Shown one piece after another: positions 11,331 through 23,900 of a DNA stretch of 64,000 nt (the stretch's first letter is position 1; every line of letters begins with the position of its first letter). The stretch is from Histomonas meleagridis 2922-C6/04-290x (Eukaryota > Protista > Parabasalia): NCBI GenBank assembly GCA_020184695.1, contig JAANOX010000132.1, forward strand, positions 1 through 64,000. Reading direction: 5' to 3'. The notes under the pieces were generated by a model. That model searched no databases and had not been told where the DNA came from. It worked only from the letters and a program-made list of their open reading frames with translations. Made by a program: the position numbers and the translations under genes.

Positions 11331-13375
11331 TTAGTTATCCAAATAATTATTTCCTGATGAGAATGTATTAAGAAGTTCCACAATTTCCCAATGATTTTTA
11401 TTTCTTGCAACATCAGCAGGTGTTAAAAATGTTAAAAATAAATTCCATCAAAAACCCAAAACAAACTTTGTTTTTCAGTTTGATATCAATTGTTTTCTTG
11501 GAGAGTAACAAATTAACAATATCCATCTTTCCTACTTCAGAAGCAATATGAAGAGCAGTTGAATAAAAATGAAAACAAACACCATTAGATGTCATTGCAT
11601 TTATATCTGTTTTTGGAAAGTTCAAAAGTATTCTCACAGCACTTATAAAGCCGCCATACACCGCAAAATGCAATGGAGTTGTACCTTCATCAGCTCTTGC
11701 GTTTACATCAATATTTGGTTGCTTTAATAAAATATTGATGATTTCACAAAAACCGTTCAGGGCACCCCAATGTAAAGGCGTTTTTCCATCGTCGGCTCTT
11801 GTGTTTATATTAACTCCCAATTCTTCAATTAATAATTTAAGACAAGTAGTTCTATTATTCCTGGCAGCCCAATGAAGAGGCGTCATTCCATATCCATCTA
11901 TTGTTGTTTTATCAATTCTTTTATCATTTAAAAGAATTGATATTGTTTTTTCTTGACCGGAAATTGTTGCACATAACAAAGGTGAACGGATTTCCCGATT
12001 CTTTGGGTTTAAGTCTATATTTTTATGTTTTAAGAGAATATTTACAGCATGTATATGACCTTTAGAAGCGGCTAAATGAAGGGGTGTTCTAAAAAAGTGG
12101 AGTAAACTCTAGAAAAAGCAAATAAACTACTGAATCTCGTGCGTTAACATCAACACATGGCAACGATAGAAGATATGATAACACATCAAGTGAACCATAA
12201 TCAGCGGCATAATGCAATGGTGTATATTTTTCGGAGTTTCTTAAGTTTGGATCAACGCCATGTTCTATGCAAAATATTAAGATCCTCAGATTATTGGATT
12301 TCGCACTTTGATGGATTGATGATCCGATATATTCTTGAATTTGACTTAAATCAGAAAACTTATTCTCATAAAGCCAAACAAACGCTTCATTTTGATGGAA
12401 CTCTGCAGCTATTTGCGCACAGCCAGTGAAGTCGATTCCATTTTTATCGAGAATTTGTATGATTTCCATACAACCTCCAGCAACAGCAAACTGTGCAAGT
12501 GTGCGATTAGCATAACTACATATGCTTGTGCTGCTTCCATTTTCCAAAAGAAATTTGAAGCAGTTAACAGATCTAACAAATGCTGCAAATTGGATCAATG
12601 TTGGATACATTTGTAATGACTTGGATCGAATAAAAACAGATGGCTTGAGGCGTGCATTCATATCAAATCCTGGAGTTTGTGCCATTTCCTTAAGTCTTTC
12701 GACATCATCTTTATTGATGACTTCGCGATATGGTTCGGGACCAAAACCTGTGGCTTGGCGCTTTTTAAGTTCCCAATTGTTTGCGCGAAGTTGGTCGAAG
12801 TTAAGAATAAATGATTTAAGTGAGAGAATTAGATTTGGCATTTGACTTTTTTTCTTAAAAACAACAAGAATTTCATCATATAACTCAGGGTCATATTGTT
12901 CAATATATTCACAGAACCAACAAAACATCATGAGGATTTCAAAAATGTATTCTGAATGATCATGTTTGAATTTTCGAATTAATTGGACAAACTCTGCTGG
13001 ATCAAGAAACCCTAATTGTATGCACTGATAAAGAAAGCTACCAAATGTTGAATTTAATGAAAAAAATGTTGTGGAAAATATTTCTTTTTTGAATCTTTCT
13101 GATGTAAAAAATTTTAATTTTTCAGACCTCACGAGACCTCCGTAAACTCTTGCATATACATCAATGGGACGTGGTCTAAAGTCGATCGCTTGTTTCAAAT
13201 TAATTTGAAAGTTAAGATCGGGTGTTTCTGATAGTAAATCAACAATATGATTGAAACTTGTGTCAAAATTTTCTGGAATTATTGCCATTATAGTTTCTTG
13301 GAGATCAATGATTTTTCGGATTTTTTCTTGATCCATTGTAAATGTGTAAGCCTTTAAACGGTCGCTAGAAATCAT
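11331..13375 (-). CDS. DUF3447-like + ankyrin-repeat protein (~652 aa after removal of five 17/18-nt intervening units)
   Basis: Joins track ORFs 12089..13375 and 11413..11979 and a last repeat (LTPADVARNKNHWEIVELL...DN*, stop 11331-11333). Units at 12114-12130, 12091-12107, 11563-11580, 11450-11466 and 11427-11443. 2045-86=1959 nt, in frame. Confidence 0.8.
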
Positions 13376-13808
13376 TTCATGTGATTTTCAAACAATCAAG
13401 AAAATATATTTAAAAACTACCCATGAAACTATATTCGCATATTTTATTGAAATGAAATTTTGGAAGAAAATTAAATGTCTTTTAATTAGGTATAAAAATT
13501 AATGAAATTAAATAAGGTTTTTTTTTCAAAATTTTTTTAGTTTGTATCATCATTGTATTTTCACAACATAAATAATTACATATCTTAAACTGTATTTTAC
13601 TTTTTATAGATTTTATCACCATCCTCGTTCTGATTTAAACGAGGCATAAAGTGGTATAAAAAATCCATAAGAAAAATTTTAATTTTCCATTTAAATCCCG
13701 ATTATCCATATAGAATGATTACTTTTTGAATCAGATTTTTCAATTAAAAAACGGTTTATTTACCAGAAATTTGCAAAATATTTAACGTTCCACTTGTAAA
13801 CCTAAAAA

Positions 13809-15587
13809 ATGGAACCCGAATCAAACCCGTTGGTTGATGGACTCGACGAAATATTTATGTTCAAATTTATCTACGCAAAGACAGACCCTCAGTATAAGTA
13901 TCAAATTCCTTCTCTTCCTATCCCTGATATCTCAGATCATTCTCCATTTAAAAATATTTCACCGCCGATATCAGAAGTTCCACAAATTCTCAACAAAATT
14001 TATCAGTTACACCTTCAAACAAAGGTGCCTCTTTACATAGATAACTCAGATAATCAATTTGTATATAATTTCAGGCAACTTTCTCCATATTTTCATATGA
14101 TTGTTCCATTTTCACTTGTTGTTGTTACGTCCAAATATACACGCCTCAACATGGAATCGATATTACAAGTTTTTTCACCAGAGCAATTTTATTTAGTACT
14201 TCATATATTATATCACTTCCAAGCTTTGGTAAAATGCACAGACATCTATTCGAGAGCAATTGTGCGTAAAAAGTTATGGGAGAAACTTCTGGATATTTTA
14301 ACACCGATTCAGATGATTTCAAAAAATCATTTTCCACTAATTGATGTCGCAAAAAATGAAAAGAAAAAGACAAAAATTATTGTTAATTTTCGTTCTAAAG
14401 ATGTTGTTTATGTTTCACCTAGAGAAAATTTGGATTATGTTGAAAAATATAAATTTGTTGAGCTCAAAGCCAACACCAATCAAATCATTTTTGATGCTAA
14501 AAATGGAGAAAAGCTTCAATTTTCTCCTCAGTCTTTCGAATTATGGAAAGATTATTTGATCAATGCAACTACACCAAATAATCGTACAACTGAATGTGTA
14601 TCATCCTCATTCCTTTCCATACCACCAAACACAAGCATCAATCCAACAATAGCTGAATCCTTATCAAGGATGCTTCTTAATTATGATCCTAATTTCATAT
14701 CAGGCTTATTAAAAATGATATTCGATTATCCAGAAGCAAAACAACTCGCTTACTCGCTTTACGATATCTACTCTTATTACGGTCAAAGGATACGTTTCTT
14801 CAAGATGATTTCCAACTTCGAAGTCCAACGGTTACTTGGGACACCCAACGAAATCTATCGTCAAAATAACGTATTCACTCAAATAACCGTCGAGTATCTT
14901 CGCGAGCAACTTGGTCAATTCGTTAAACTTGGTCTTGTTCCAATTTTCCATAGCGTTGGGGAAATGCCAACGTTTCGCTACGATGATCCAGATGATAATG
15001 ACGTTCAAATTATTGACCAATTATTCCAAATGTTCTTTAGTCGAATTGATGCTGCTCTATACCTTATCCCACAGGGAGTTCGACAGATTCTTCGACACCT
15101 TAGAATTCTATGCGAAATGAATTTTGGTTCAAAGGAACTTAATCACAGAGCAGTTATTGGTCTTTTTATGCTTCGTTTTCTTGTTCCAACGCTTGGTAGC
15201 ATTGATGCACTTGGCATTCCTGAGAATGAAATTACAGATACAATTATGCGTAATAATCTTCAATTTTCCAAAGCAATTATGGCACTTTCTTCTCTCGATT
15301 TAGCTTATAATGGTGTAAGAGATCGCGATCTTCTCAATGATATCTTCATTAAGTATTTTCCATACATGGTATCATTTCTAGATTCACTGACAGAACTTAC
15401 TTTTGAGTACCCTGAGGACGTAACAGTGTCGATTGAAGAGATGCTCCAAGGAATTAACAAGTTTAGAACATTTTTCCAGAATTTCTCAAACGAATTGATA
15501 CAATGTACTTCAGCTTTAGAGCCAGCTCCATCTCCATTTTTAGCTGAAGCCGTCAGCACTCTTTACGAAATTTGCATCTTCGATTAA
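13809..15587 (+). CDS. RasGAP-domain protein
   Basis: YRQNNVFTQI, IPQGVRQILRHL and FMLRFLVPTL match the RasGAP FLRFxxPA signature. Confidence 0.8.
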   Translation: MEPESNPLVDGLDEIFMFKFIYAKTDPQYKYQIPSLPIPDISDHSPFKNISPPISEVPQILNKIYQLHLQTKVPLYIDNSDNQFVYNFRQLSPYFHMIVPFSLVVVTSKYTRLNMESILQVFSPEQFYLVLHILYHFQALVKCTDIYSRAIVRKKLWEKLLDILTPIQMISKNHFPLIDVAKNEKKKTKIIVNFRSKDVVYVSPRENLDYVEKYKFVELKANTNQIIFDAKNGEKLQFSPQSFELWKDYLINATTPNNRTTECVSSSFLSIPPNTSINPTIAESLSRMLLNYDPNFISGLLKMIFDYPEAKQLAYSLYDIYSYYGQRIRFFKMISNFEVQRLLGTPNEIYRQNNVFTQITVEYLREQLGQFVKLGLVPIFHSVGEMPTFRYDDPDDNDVQIIDQLFQMFFSRIDAALYLIPQGVRQILRHLRILCEMNFGSKELNHRAVIGLFMLRFLVPTLGSIDALGIPENEITDTIMRNNLQFSKAIMALSSLDLAYNGVRDRDLLNDIFIKYFPYMVSFLDSLTELTFEYPEDVTVSIEEMLQGINKFRTFFQNFSNELIQCTSALEPAPSPFLAEAVSTLYEICIFD

Positions 15588-15747
15588 AAATAAACAATTT
15601 TTATTGTTGAAATATTTCAACTTTTCCTTTAAAAATTCGATTTTAATTAAAATGTCATATAAAATAAGTAAAATAACAATATAGCAAATCATTAAAATTA
15701 TCACATGACTTGTTACGACGGATGAAAATATTGAATTAAATAATTGT

Positions 15748-15996
15748 TTATTTTCCTTCAAGAAGCGCAATTTCTTGGCGAAGCCTAATTAACTTTGCAG
15801 TCAAATCTTGATTTTCTCTGATTAATTTATCGATATTTTCGGCTGGAGGAGCGCCCATATTTTCACGAACGAATGCGAGTGGATCCTCAGGAGGCTCTTC
15901 CAATTCATTTAGGGCATGCATTGCTCTGTTAAAAACTTCGATTACATTACCTTTTTCAAGATATTTTCTAAATTGTTCTCGCTTTGTATCAGACAT
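15748..15996 (-). CDS. c-Myc-binding protein (MYCBP/AMY-1)-like
   Basis: KREQFRKYLEKGNVIE...LNELEEPPEDPLAFVRENMG followed by a coiled coil. Confidence 0.8.
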   Translation of the reverse strand: MSDTKREQFRKYLEKGNVIEVFNRAMHALNELEEPPEDPLAFVRENMGAPPAENIDKLIRENQDLTAKLIRLRQEIALLEGK

Positions 15997-16164
15997 ATGT
16001 ATAAACTTGCAGTTTTATTTAAAAAGTTTACACAGGACACGTTTATATTAACAAAAAGTTTTGATAGAAAACGTCCGTTTATCTTTTGCTGTGATAAACC
16101 GGTATAACCGTAAACCGAAAACAAAGGGGTAATTTTACCGTTTAGCCTTTGTTTTATTTATTTC

Positions 16165-16581
16165 ATGTTTGAACCAAAGATATTACCAAAATTTCATTGT
16201 CCAATTTCTTCAAACTCTCTGACTCGTTTTCGCACTAATGTATCTAAAAAGAAAGGAAGAAAAAGTAAAGTATCTTATGTTGATACAATTTCTTTATTAC
16301 CAGATGAAAAGGTTGTTTTGGATGAAAGCGCATACTTATGCTATTTATGTTATGCAGATGCTCTTGAAGCTGCCATAGAAAAAACACTTAATGATATCGA
16401 TCATTCTTTGGATAAATTGATTGAAAACTTTAGTGAGTTATACTACTTCAATACACTTGTCAGGGATTATGTTCATCCAAATGCGAATATTGATCATATT
16501 AAATTTATTTTTGAAAATCATTCATCTATTAGTCTAAAATATGAAATTGTTAATAATCAGATTGTTTCCAAAAGGGCATAA
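16165..16581 (+). CDS. Hypothetical protein
   Basis: 138-aa ORF with ATG preceded by an Inr-like ttcat; globular composition. Confidence 0.55.
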   Translation: MFEPKILPKFHCPISSNSLTRFRTNVSKKKGRKSKVSYVDTISLLPDEKVVLDESAYLCYLCYADALEAAIEKTLNDIDHSLDKLIENFSELYYFNTLVRDYVHPNANIDHIKFIFENHSSISLKYEIVNNQIVSKRA

Positions 16582-16829
16582 TGTAATAAAGTGTTTCATA
16601 ATAGAGATTTTTGAATATTATTTTGTACAAATTAAATTATATAATTGTAATAATTTTGGCAAATATATAAATGTCGTATTCGAATAAGAGGCTTATTCAT
16701 TTGTGTAGAGTAATAACCAAAAAATAGCAATTTTAAAGCGTACATTACCAACATTTTTTTTTGGAGGGGGTCATAATTGTCACTTTTTGTTTATTTTCTA
16801 GATAATTTCTACAGTCCAGATAAGAGAAT

Positions 16830-17081
16830 ATGGAAGAAAAAAAGGTTGAGTTCAAAAAATTAAAAGTTAGAGATCCGCTAAAGAGAAATGACTCGTATAG
16901 GCCCATTCATAAAGAAGAAACTCAGCTTACCTCTATTGTTTCAATCTTTAACTCATTATTGACATTTTTCAAAAAAGCCCAAAAAAATGTTATGTGCTGC
17001 TTTAAAAATTACTACTTGCTACTAGTTTTGTTAACTCTTGTTGGACTCATTTGTTTTCTTTTCCTTCTTGATTTCTATTAA
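16830..17081 (+). CDS. Small tail-anchored membrane protein
   Basis: 83 aa; charged N-terminus and C-terminal hydrophobic helix YYLLLVLLTLVGLICFLFLL. Confidence 0.5.
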   Translation: MEEKKVEFKKLKVRDPLKRNDSYRPIHKEETQLTSIVSIFNSLLTFFKKAQKNVMCCFKNYYLLLVLLTLVGLICFLFLLDFY

Positions 17082-17289
17082 ATAAATTTATATAAAAATT
17101 TTATATATTCTAATAATTATTTGCTTATTTAGTGAAAGATTATATAAGAGCATTTCAAGTTTATATTAGATTTAATTTTGAACATATCAAAATATTTATG
17201 TGTTTTTGTTCATTTGGTAGATTAAGTTAAAATAGTTCGAACCTTTTATATGACTTTCTTCTAACAATTTGACAAAATAATATTATTCT

Positions 17290-17670
17290 TTATTCATCAG
17301 GAGTTGGTAAAAGTTCTTCAACTGGTGCACCATTGTCTATATCAACAAAAAAGCCATCAGTTAGGTAGCCGCATAAATGGACTTTAATTTGTGCTCCTTT
17401 TGTTGTAAACATAATATTATCATTTGGACCAAATTGAAGGTCAATCATTGAACTTTCGAATGAACCAACAATGAATGGAATCACTGTAACAGTCGGAGAG
17501 TTGTTAACAGATACGTTTACTGTTATTCTTCCTTTTTCTGGTAATTCTTCTTGATCAAGAGCTATATTTGTTATAAAACACCCAACTCCTTCAGGGACAG
17601 ATATTTTACATGGGGTATTTGGCATTATTACCGTAGACCAAAAAGTTGTGAAGTCTTCAGGTAATTCCAT
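17290..17670 (-). CDS. Nucleoplasmin-like (NPL) domain protein
   Basis: FWSTVIMP...ITNIAL...IDLQF...VHLCGYL matches the NPL fold of FKBP39/HD-tuins. First ATG at 17670. Confidence 0.7.
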   Translation of the reverse strand: MELPEDFTTFWSTVIMPNTPCKISVPEGVGCFITNIALDQEELPEKGRITVNVSVNNSPTVTVIPFIVGSFESSMIDLQFGPNDNIMFTTKGAQIKVHLCGYLTDGFFVDIDNGAPVEELLPTPDE

Positions 17671-17932
17671 TTTTGGATATCTAGAATTTGACAAACTTTG
17701 TTTAATTAATAACAACCGCCGAACACGATCATAAAGGATTTAAATCATCATAAACGTTTTTTTACACAAACCGAAAATCAAAAATGAGAATAACGATAAA
17801 ACTTTTTGTAAGATAATTCACTCGAAACCGATCGTTTTTACTTTTGATGTTAAAAATTGGGGATTTGCATATGTTGTTATGTTAAAAATAACATGTATAA
17901 ATCAAAAATAAAACATTTTTTATTAATTGGTA

Positions 17933-20900
17933 TTAGTGATTAAGTATAAAAGCCGTTCCAGCAAAAGCGAAATTCTTTGGATCGCCTTGACAATTTGTTG
18001 GTAACGTTACAATGAAATTATTTCTTTTGTCGTTACTATACAAAGGTATATTTGCTATATTTGGATTATCTTTTTTCTTTTGCCAAGACAAACTACAAAT
18101 TGGACATTTTATCAACAACATTTCATCTTTTTTCATTTGCGCTATTTTATTCCCTTGTAACACTGCGCCTTGTAAAGACAAATCTTTAACATAAATTGCG
18201 TTTTCATGTTCTTCACCAATTCCGAATGTTAATTTTAGATCAGTTATTTCAGTCATTGTTTCTCTAGCAGTTTGTTGTCTTAAAGCGTCAAGGATTGCAG
18301 TCGGTCTTAACAATGCACCTAATTCGATTTCTTTTTTCATTAAGTTTGGATCCAAGTTTAAGTTAATAATAATATTTGCTTTGCGTATAACTTCATTTAA
18401 CCATTCTATAGGTATATTTGGTCCTTCTAATATATCGAACCAAATGACCGGAATTTCATTTTTGATTAAGTAATTACCTTTTGATATTAAATGATGAGAA
18501 AGAGTTTCATTCTTATATAGAAATCCTTCAAGTTCTTTAAAGAATGAGTTAATATCATTTAATAAGTCAATGAGTATACAATATTGTGAATATAACGCAG
18601 AAGCTATAGGCGTTTCATTAATTGGAGAATTAATTTTAGATTCGAAAAGTTTCGGATTTCTTGAGTATAATTCTTTCCATTTATTATGAATTGGTTTTAA
18701 TGAACTTATCCATTGTTGACGTTCTATAATATTATTATTCGAAACATTAATCGAAAGTTTTCTAAGACATGAAATTGTTTCATGTTTTTGACTTAACATA
18801 ATTGTTTTAGTCGCATTCGGAGGTAAAAAGAAAACAGATGGCGAATCTCTTTCATTCATTTTATTAATGTTTTTCATTATTTCATTAATTGATGAATTCC
18901 TTTCGATTTTTAATGGATTCGAATTTTCATTTATAAAACATTCGAGATAAAGTTTTAATATATTAAAGTCAAAAGGATTATCTACACGACCGCCATAAAT
19001 AGTTACTCCTAATAAACCTCGAAGATATTCAAAATCTTGAAGATTTTCGATATTATTTTTTAGGATTATTTGTAACGCACAATTAAAATCAGATAAAGAA
19101 AACTCATAAAACTTAGTCCAACCTTGTGGTATAAATATTCTTCTTTCTTGAATTATAGAATGGAAATAAACTAATGACGTAATATTATGAATTTGAGTTT
19201 TGTTTAATCCTTTAAAATCAATTGTAGATAATGTACGTATAATATTAGCACGAATTCCTGGCGGTGTTTCAAGTGCAATTTTTATAGAATTAGATAATAA
19301 TAATGAAGGAAATGAATCATGTGATTCAGTTGTAATTAATAATTTGAAATTCTCATTAATATTATTTAAAGAATTAAATTCTTTTTCAATATTTGTTATT
19401 AATGAGATTGAAAGATGTGCATTCTTAATTAAAAACCAATTTCCTTCTTCGGCCGATTTTTTCATTAATTTGATGGTCGATTCAATATTACATTGACCTA
19501 CAGCAACTTCAATTAATTTAATCTTAGATTTATTACATAATGTTTTAATTTCTTGTGATGGATCAGTACCTAAAGATACAATAAATATTATCGGAAGTGA
19601 ATTCTTCATTTCTAAAATCGATTTCATTTCAAATGGTTCTGAGAATTGTTCAAGTTGTAATGTTCCTTTAACAAATGTTTCAATCGAATTAAGTAATCGA
19701 TGTGGTGCTAAAATATTTATCAACAAAATTTGTGTAAATGGTCCAACTCCACGTTTAGTGATTTGTTGTCCTTCAATAGATGGCCAATTCTCTTCACAGT
19801 TTGGTTGATTAATCCAATCTTTCCAAATATTTTCGAATTTTGTATCTTTCATTTTTAAGTTTTGTATTAATTCGGGCATTTCTTTCGAAAATGCATTAAA
19901 ATAAGGTTTACGATCTTCAGGTATCCAATTTGGTACATCGCCATTATTAAAAGGTTCATTTAATAATAATTCATATTCTTTATTATTAATTAAAGTTGAA
20001 TAACAACTTTTTATGATATGTAAAGCTATAGCATGTTTATGTTTATTAAAGATTGAATTCGATACATGTTTAAATATAACTTTTAAAAGTTTTGATTCGA
20101 ATTTTAACGCTTTATGTTCACCTATAGGTGAATTAATTTTTTGATCAAAAATTGATCCGAATAATGTTATAAATAACGTAGAAGAAAATTGATACATATG
20201 ATTAATATTAATTAAATCATTAATTGAGAAATATAATGAAGCTCCAATCTTAGAAAGGTTTTTATAAATATTTGCTTTTTCTTCAAGTGATTTAGATAAT
20301 GATTCTATTTTAATTAATGATTCAGATACTTCTGAAGCTTTTTCTTTCGTTTGATTTAATGTTTCAATTAATTTTGTATTATGTAATATATCTTCATTTT
20401 CATTAGAATTAACTAAAGTATTTAATAAATCTTTTTCAAGTTGTTCAAGATTAATTTTCATTTCTTCTTCTTCATTAATTAATTTCGAGCGTTCGATTTG
20501 AATTTCAGGTAATTCTTTTTCTAATGTTAAACTTAATAAAATCGATTCTAAACCTGAACGTGTAACAGAGAAATTAATAATTGATACACATGAAGAAGAA
20601 GTTGGATGTAACTTCGGATAAGGTTCTCTAGTAAATAAATATAATTTAAAGTTTTCATTATAATCAATTTCTTGTCCTCCAACTTTAATTGAAGGATGTG
20701 CACCATTATATATTAAATCTTTTTGAATTAATGGCATTAAAATCGGATCAATGGAATCAATTTCATTAATAATTAATGTCTTACCAAATCGTACAGCTAA
20801 AGCTAATTCACTCGAGAAACGTTCATAATTTCTTGATAATATTGTAACTTGTTTATCTTGTTGTTGTTTCTTTAAATAATCAATTAACCAATTAAATGAT

Positions 20901-23900
20901 TTAGATGTTGGATCAATTATTAATGGTACGATTGAAGTATTTGAAATTATTATCGCATTTTCTAATGATAATGAATCACCTCCAAGTGAATCACCTCTTA
21001 ATTTAAGTAATTCATTTTCAGTATACATAAAATGATTAAATGAAAATTCTTCATTTTCTAAACTTATTATATTTTTCCATTTCGTTATTAATTCTTTTCG
21101 TTTATCTTCTGGATAATAACCACAAAATGATACTATTGCTGAAGCTAATATTACATTTTTAGGTAATTTTAATATTGTCGAATTAATTTCATTACATTGT
21201 TTATCCCAACGAGTTCGTTCATCTTTTAATTTAGAAAATAACATTTCTGCATCTCTTAAATTAGTTTCAGCTATTTGTACTTCATTCTTAAGTAATTCTG
21301 CTTCTTTTGTTGATTTCTTAAATTCTTCTTGATATTTTTCTACTTTTTCATCAACAGATTTCTTTTTTTCTCTTAAGTTTTCTAATGAAATTCGTTTTTC
21401 TTGAATTTCTTTTGCATTTTTTTCATTCTTTTTACGTAATGGTTCAACCTTTTCTAACACAGAAAAGAATCGTAAATTCGCTTTAACCCATTTAGCTAAA
21501 GGTGCTACAGCTACACTAACTTTTGTAATGATTTCATTTTGAAAACTATTTGCTTTTTGTTTTAATAATTTTTGGACTGAACTAATGATTTCTGGTGTTA
21601 ATTTCTTAGCATCAAATTTTAATATTCGATTACAAAATCCATCTTGTCCAAGTATCTTCTTGATTGCTGGCCAAGAAGAATCATTTTCTCCTAACATTAA
21701 CAAAACTCCTTGCATTACATCACTTACAGCAGGTGGAGGTTTAGGGAATGCTCTAACTTCAGCTAATTGATTTCGACTAATTTGTCCAACTAATTTTAAT
21801 GCTGCATCTATTTCAGGTTGAATTGTATTAAGTTCTTCTTCGATTTTAGAATATTCTTCTTGAAGTTTCTTTTCTTCAATTGATAAATTTTTACTCATTG
21901 TTTCGATTTTTGCTTGTTGATTAGAACATTCTTTAACTGCTTTCTTAATACTTTCCATAGCTTCTTGAGCTCTTTTTTCTTTAGAATCGAGATTTTTCTT
22001 TTTATTACTAATTTCGGTTGATAATACATCAACTGTTTTAGCTGCTTCATTAAGTTTAGATAAACCAATTTCTAAATGTTTTTTCTTTTTATTTAATTCT
22101 TCATATTTTTTCAAGAAAATATTTTTATAAGTTTCAATGAAATATATAAATTTATTTGGTGATTCATTAATACTATTAAATATATTCACAAATAATGGAG
22201 TAATTTTAGTAATAATTTCATTAGTTAAAATCGATTCTAAATCATTTGTTAATATTTGTCGAGGTATTGATATTAATGATTCTTTCGAAAACTCAGTTAA
22301 CCATATTATATTAGAATCAGATATAAATGAAGGTGCAAATAAGAAATAATTTCTAAATGAAAAGTTATCTGGATTTAATAATATTACTACATGAATTAAT
22401 CGTTTGATTTTTTGATAAAAATATTCTTGGCCACTTAAAGTAGTTTGTTCATGTATTTCAGATTGGATTGAAGCTATTAATGAATCTAATTCAGTATTAG
22501 TAAATAATCCATTAACTTCACCAGAAGCTATTAATGAATTTAATGAATCTAAAATCGAGTCATCAACAAACATTTTATCTTCAATATATAAAACAATTTC
22601 TTCATCTTTTTGTATGATCTTTTGTATTGTTTCTTTTAAGAATGTTAAAAATGTCTTAAAACTAAAATCTGCTAATGGAGATGGTTGATATATTTCTATT
22701 CCATTAGAATGACAAACAATTTTTAATATATCATTAAATGATAAACCTGGTTTAGTTATCATTATAATGTTTGATGAAGGTATAGCTAATAAAGATATGA
22801 TTCGATTAGCTAAAAATTCGGTATCGATAGTTCTAAAGATATTTAATGAACCAATTTCTCTTTCATAAGAATAAATTAATTTATTAAAACAATCTTGTGA
22901 AATATTTTTATTCGTTTGTACTAAATAAATTGGTGGTTTATCATTAGTTTCGATTTGATAATTTGTATATTCATAATCATTAATTTCAAATGATAACATT
23001 TCTTTAAATATATTAATAATTTCTTTTTTCATTCTATTTTTATCTTGTAAAGTTGTTAACCTATCGATGAAATGTTGAATTCCTTCATAAATAATACAAT
23101 TTATATTAAATTCATGTGAGTTATGGATATAACGTTGAAGTAATATAATCCATTTAGTAATATCTTTAAATGTAAATTCATATTGAGGATATTCATCAAT
23201 ATTAAATTCGGATTTAAATTTCTCATATACATTAATAATTGAAGTAGTAATAGAAGTAACTTTAGATATATCATTAAATTGTGTATTTCTTAATATAACA
23301 CTTAAATAAATTGAATATATTTGTATTAATTGTTGTTTATTAGTATTATGTATAGTTGAAATTCGAACAATTGATGTAAATCTTGAAGAAATTGGATGTT
23401 TAAAGTTAGAAGACATCGAAAATACAAATTGAATTCGTTCGATTGTTACCCATTGTAATTCATCATTATAAAATCCTTTATAAGTTAATAATTGTTGTAT
23501 AAAAGTTATTAATTGTATTGTTCCCCATTTATCAGGTTGAGGCAAATCAAAATTCTTAAAATAAATTAAAGTTTTCTCTGTATTTTTAGGCCTTAATACT
23601 TGACCATTTGAAGTAATTGATATAGTACAATATTGTAATAATTTTGTTAATAATGTATTTGAATCCGTTTTAGCAGAACAATTAATTGTAATTATTGAAG
23701 TTGAAGGTAATAAATTAAAAATATGTGTTAACAAAGTGTTTTTACCTGAACCTTTAGGTCCTATTAATAAAACAGGTTCACCTTTTTCAATCCAAGGTTT
23801 TATAGTTAAAATTGTTCGTTGTACTTCTGGAATTAATATTAAAGGTAAAGAAATTACATCAAGTTTAGGTAATTCTATTTCGATGTTTGGATTAAATTCA

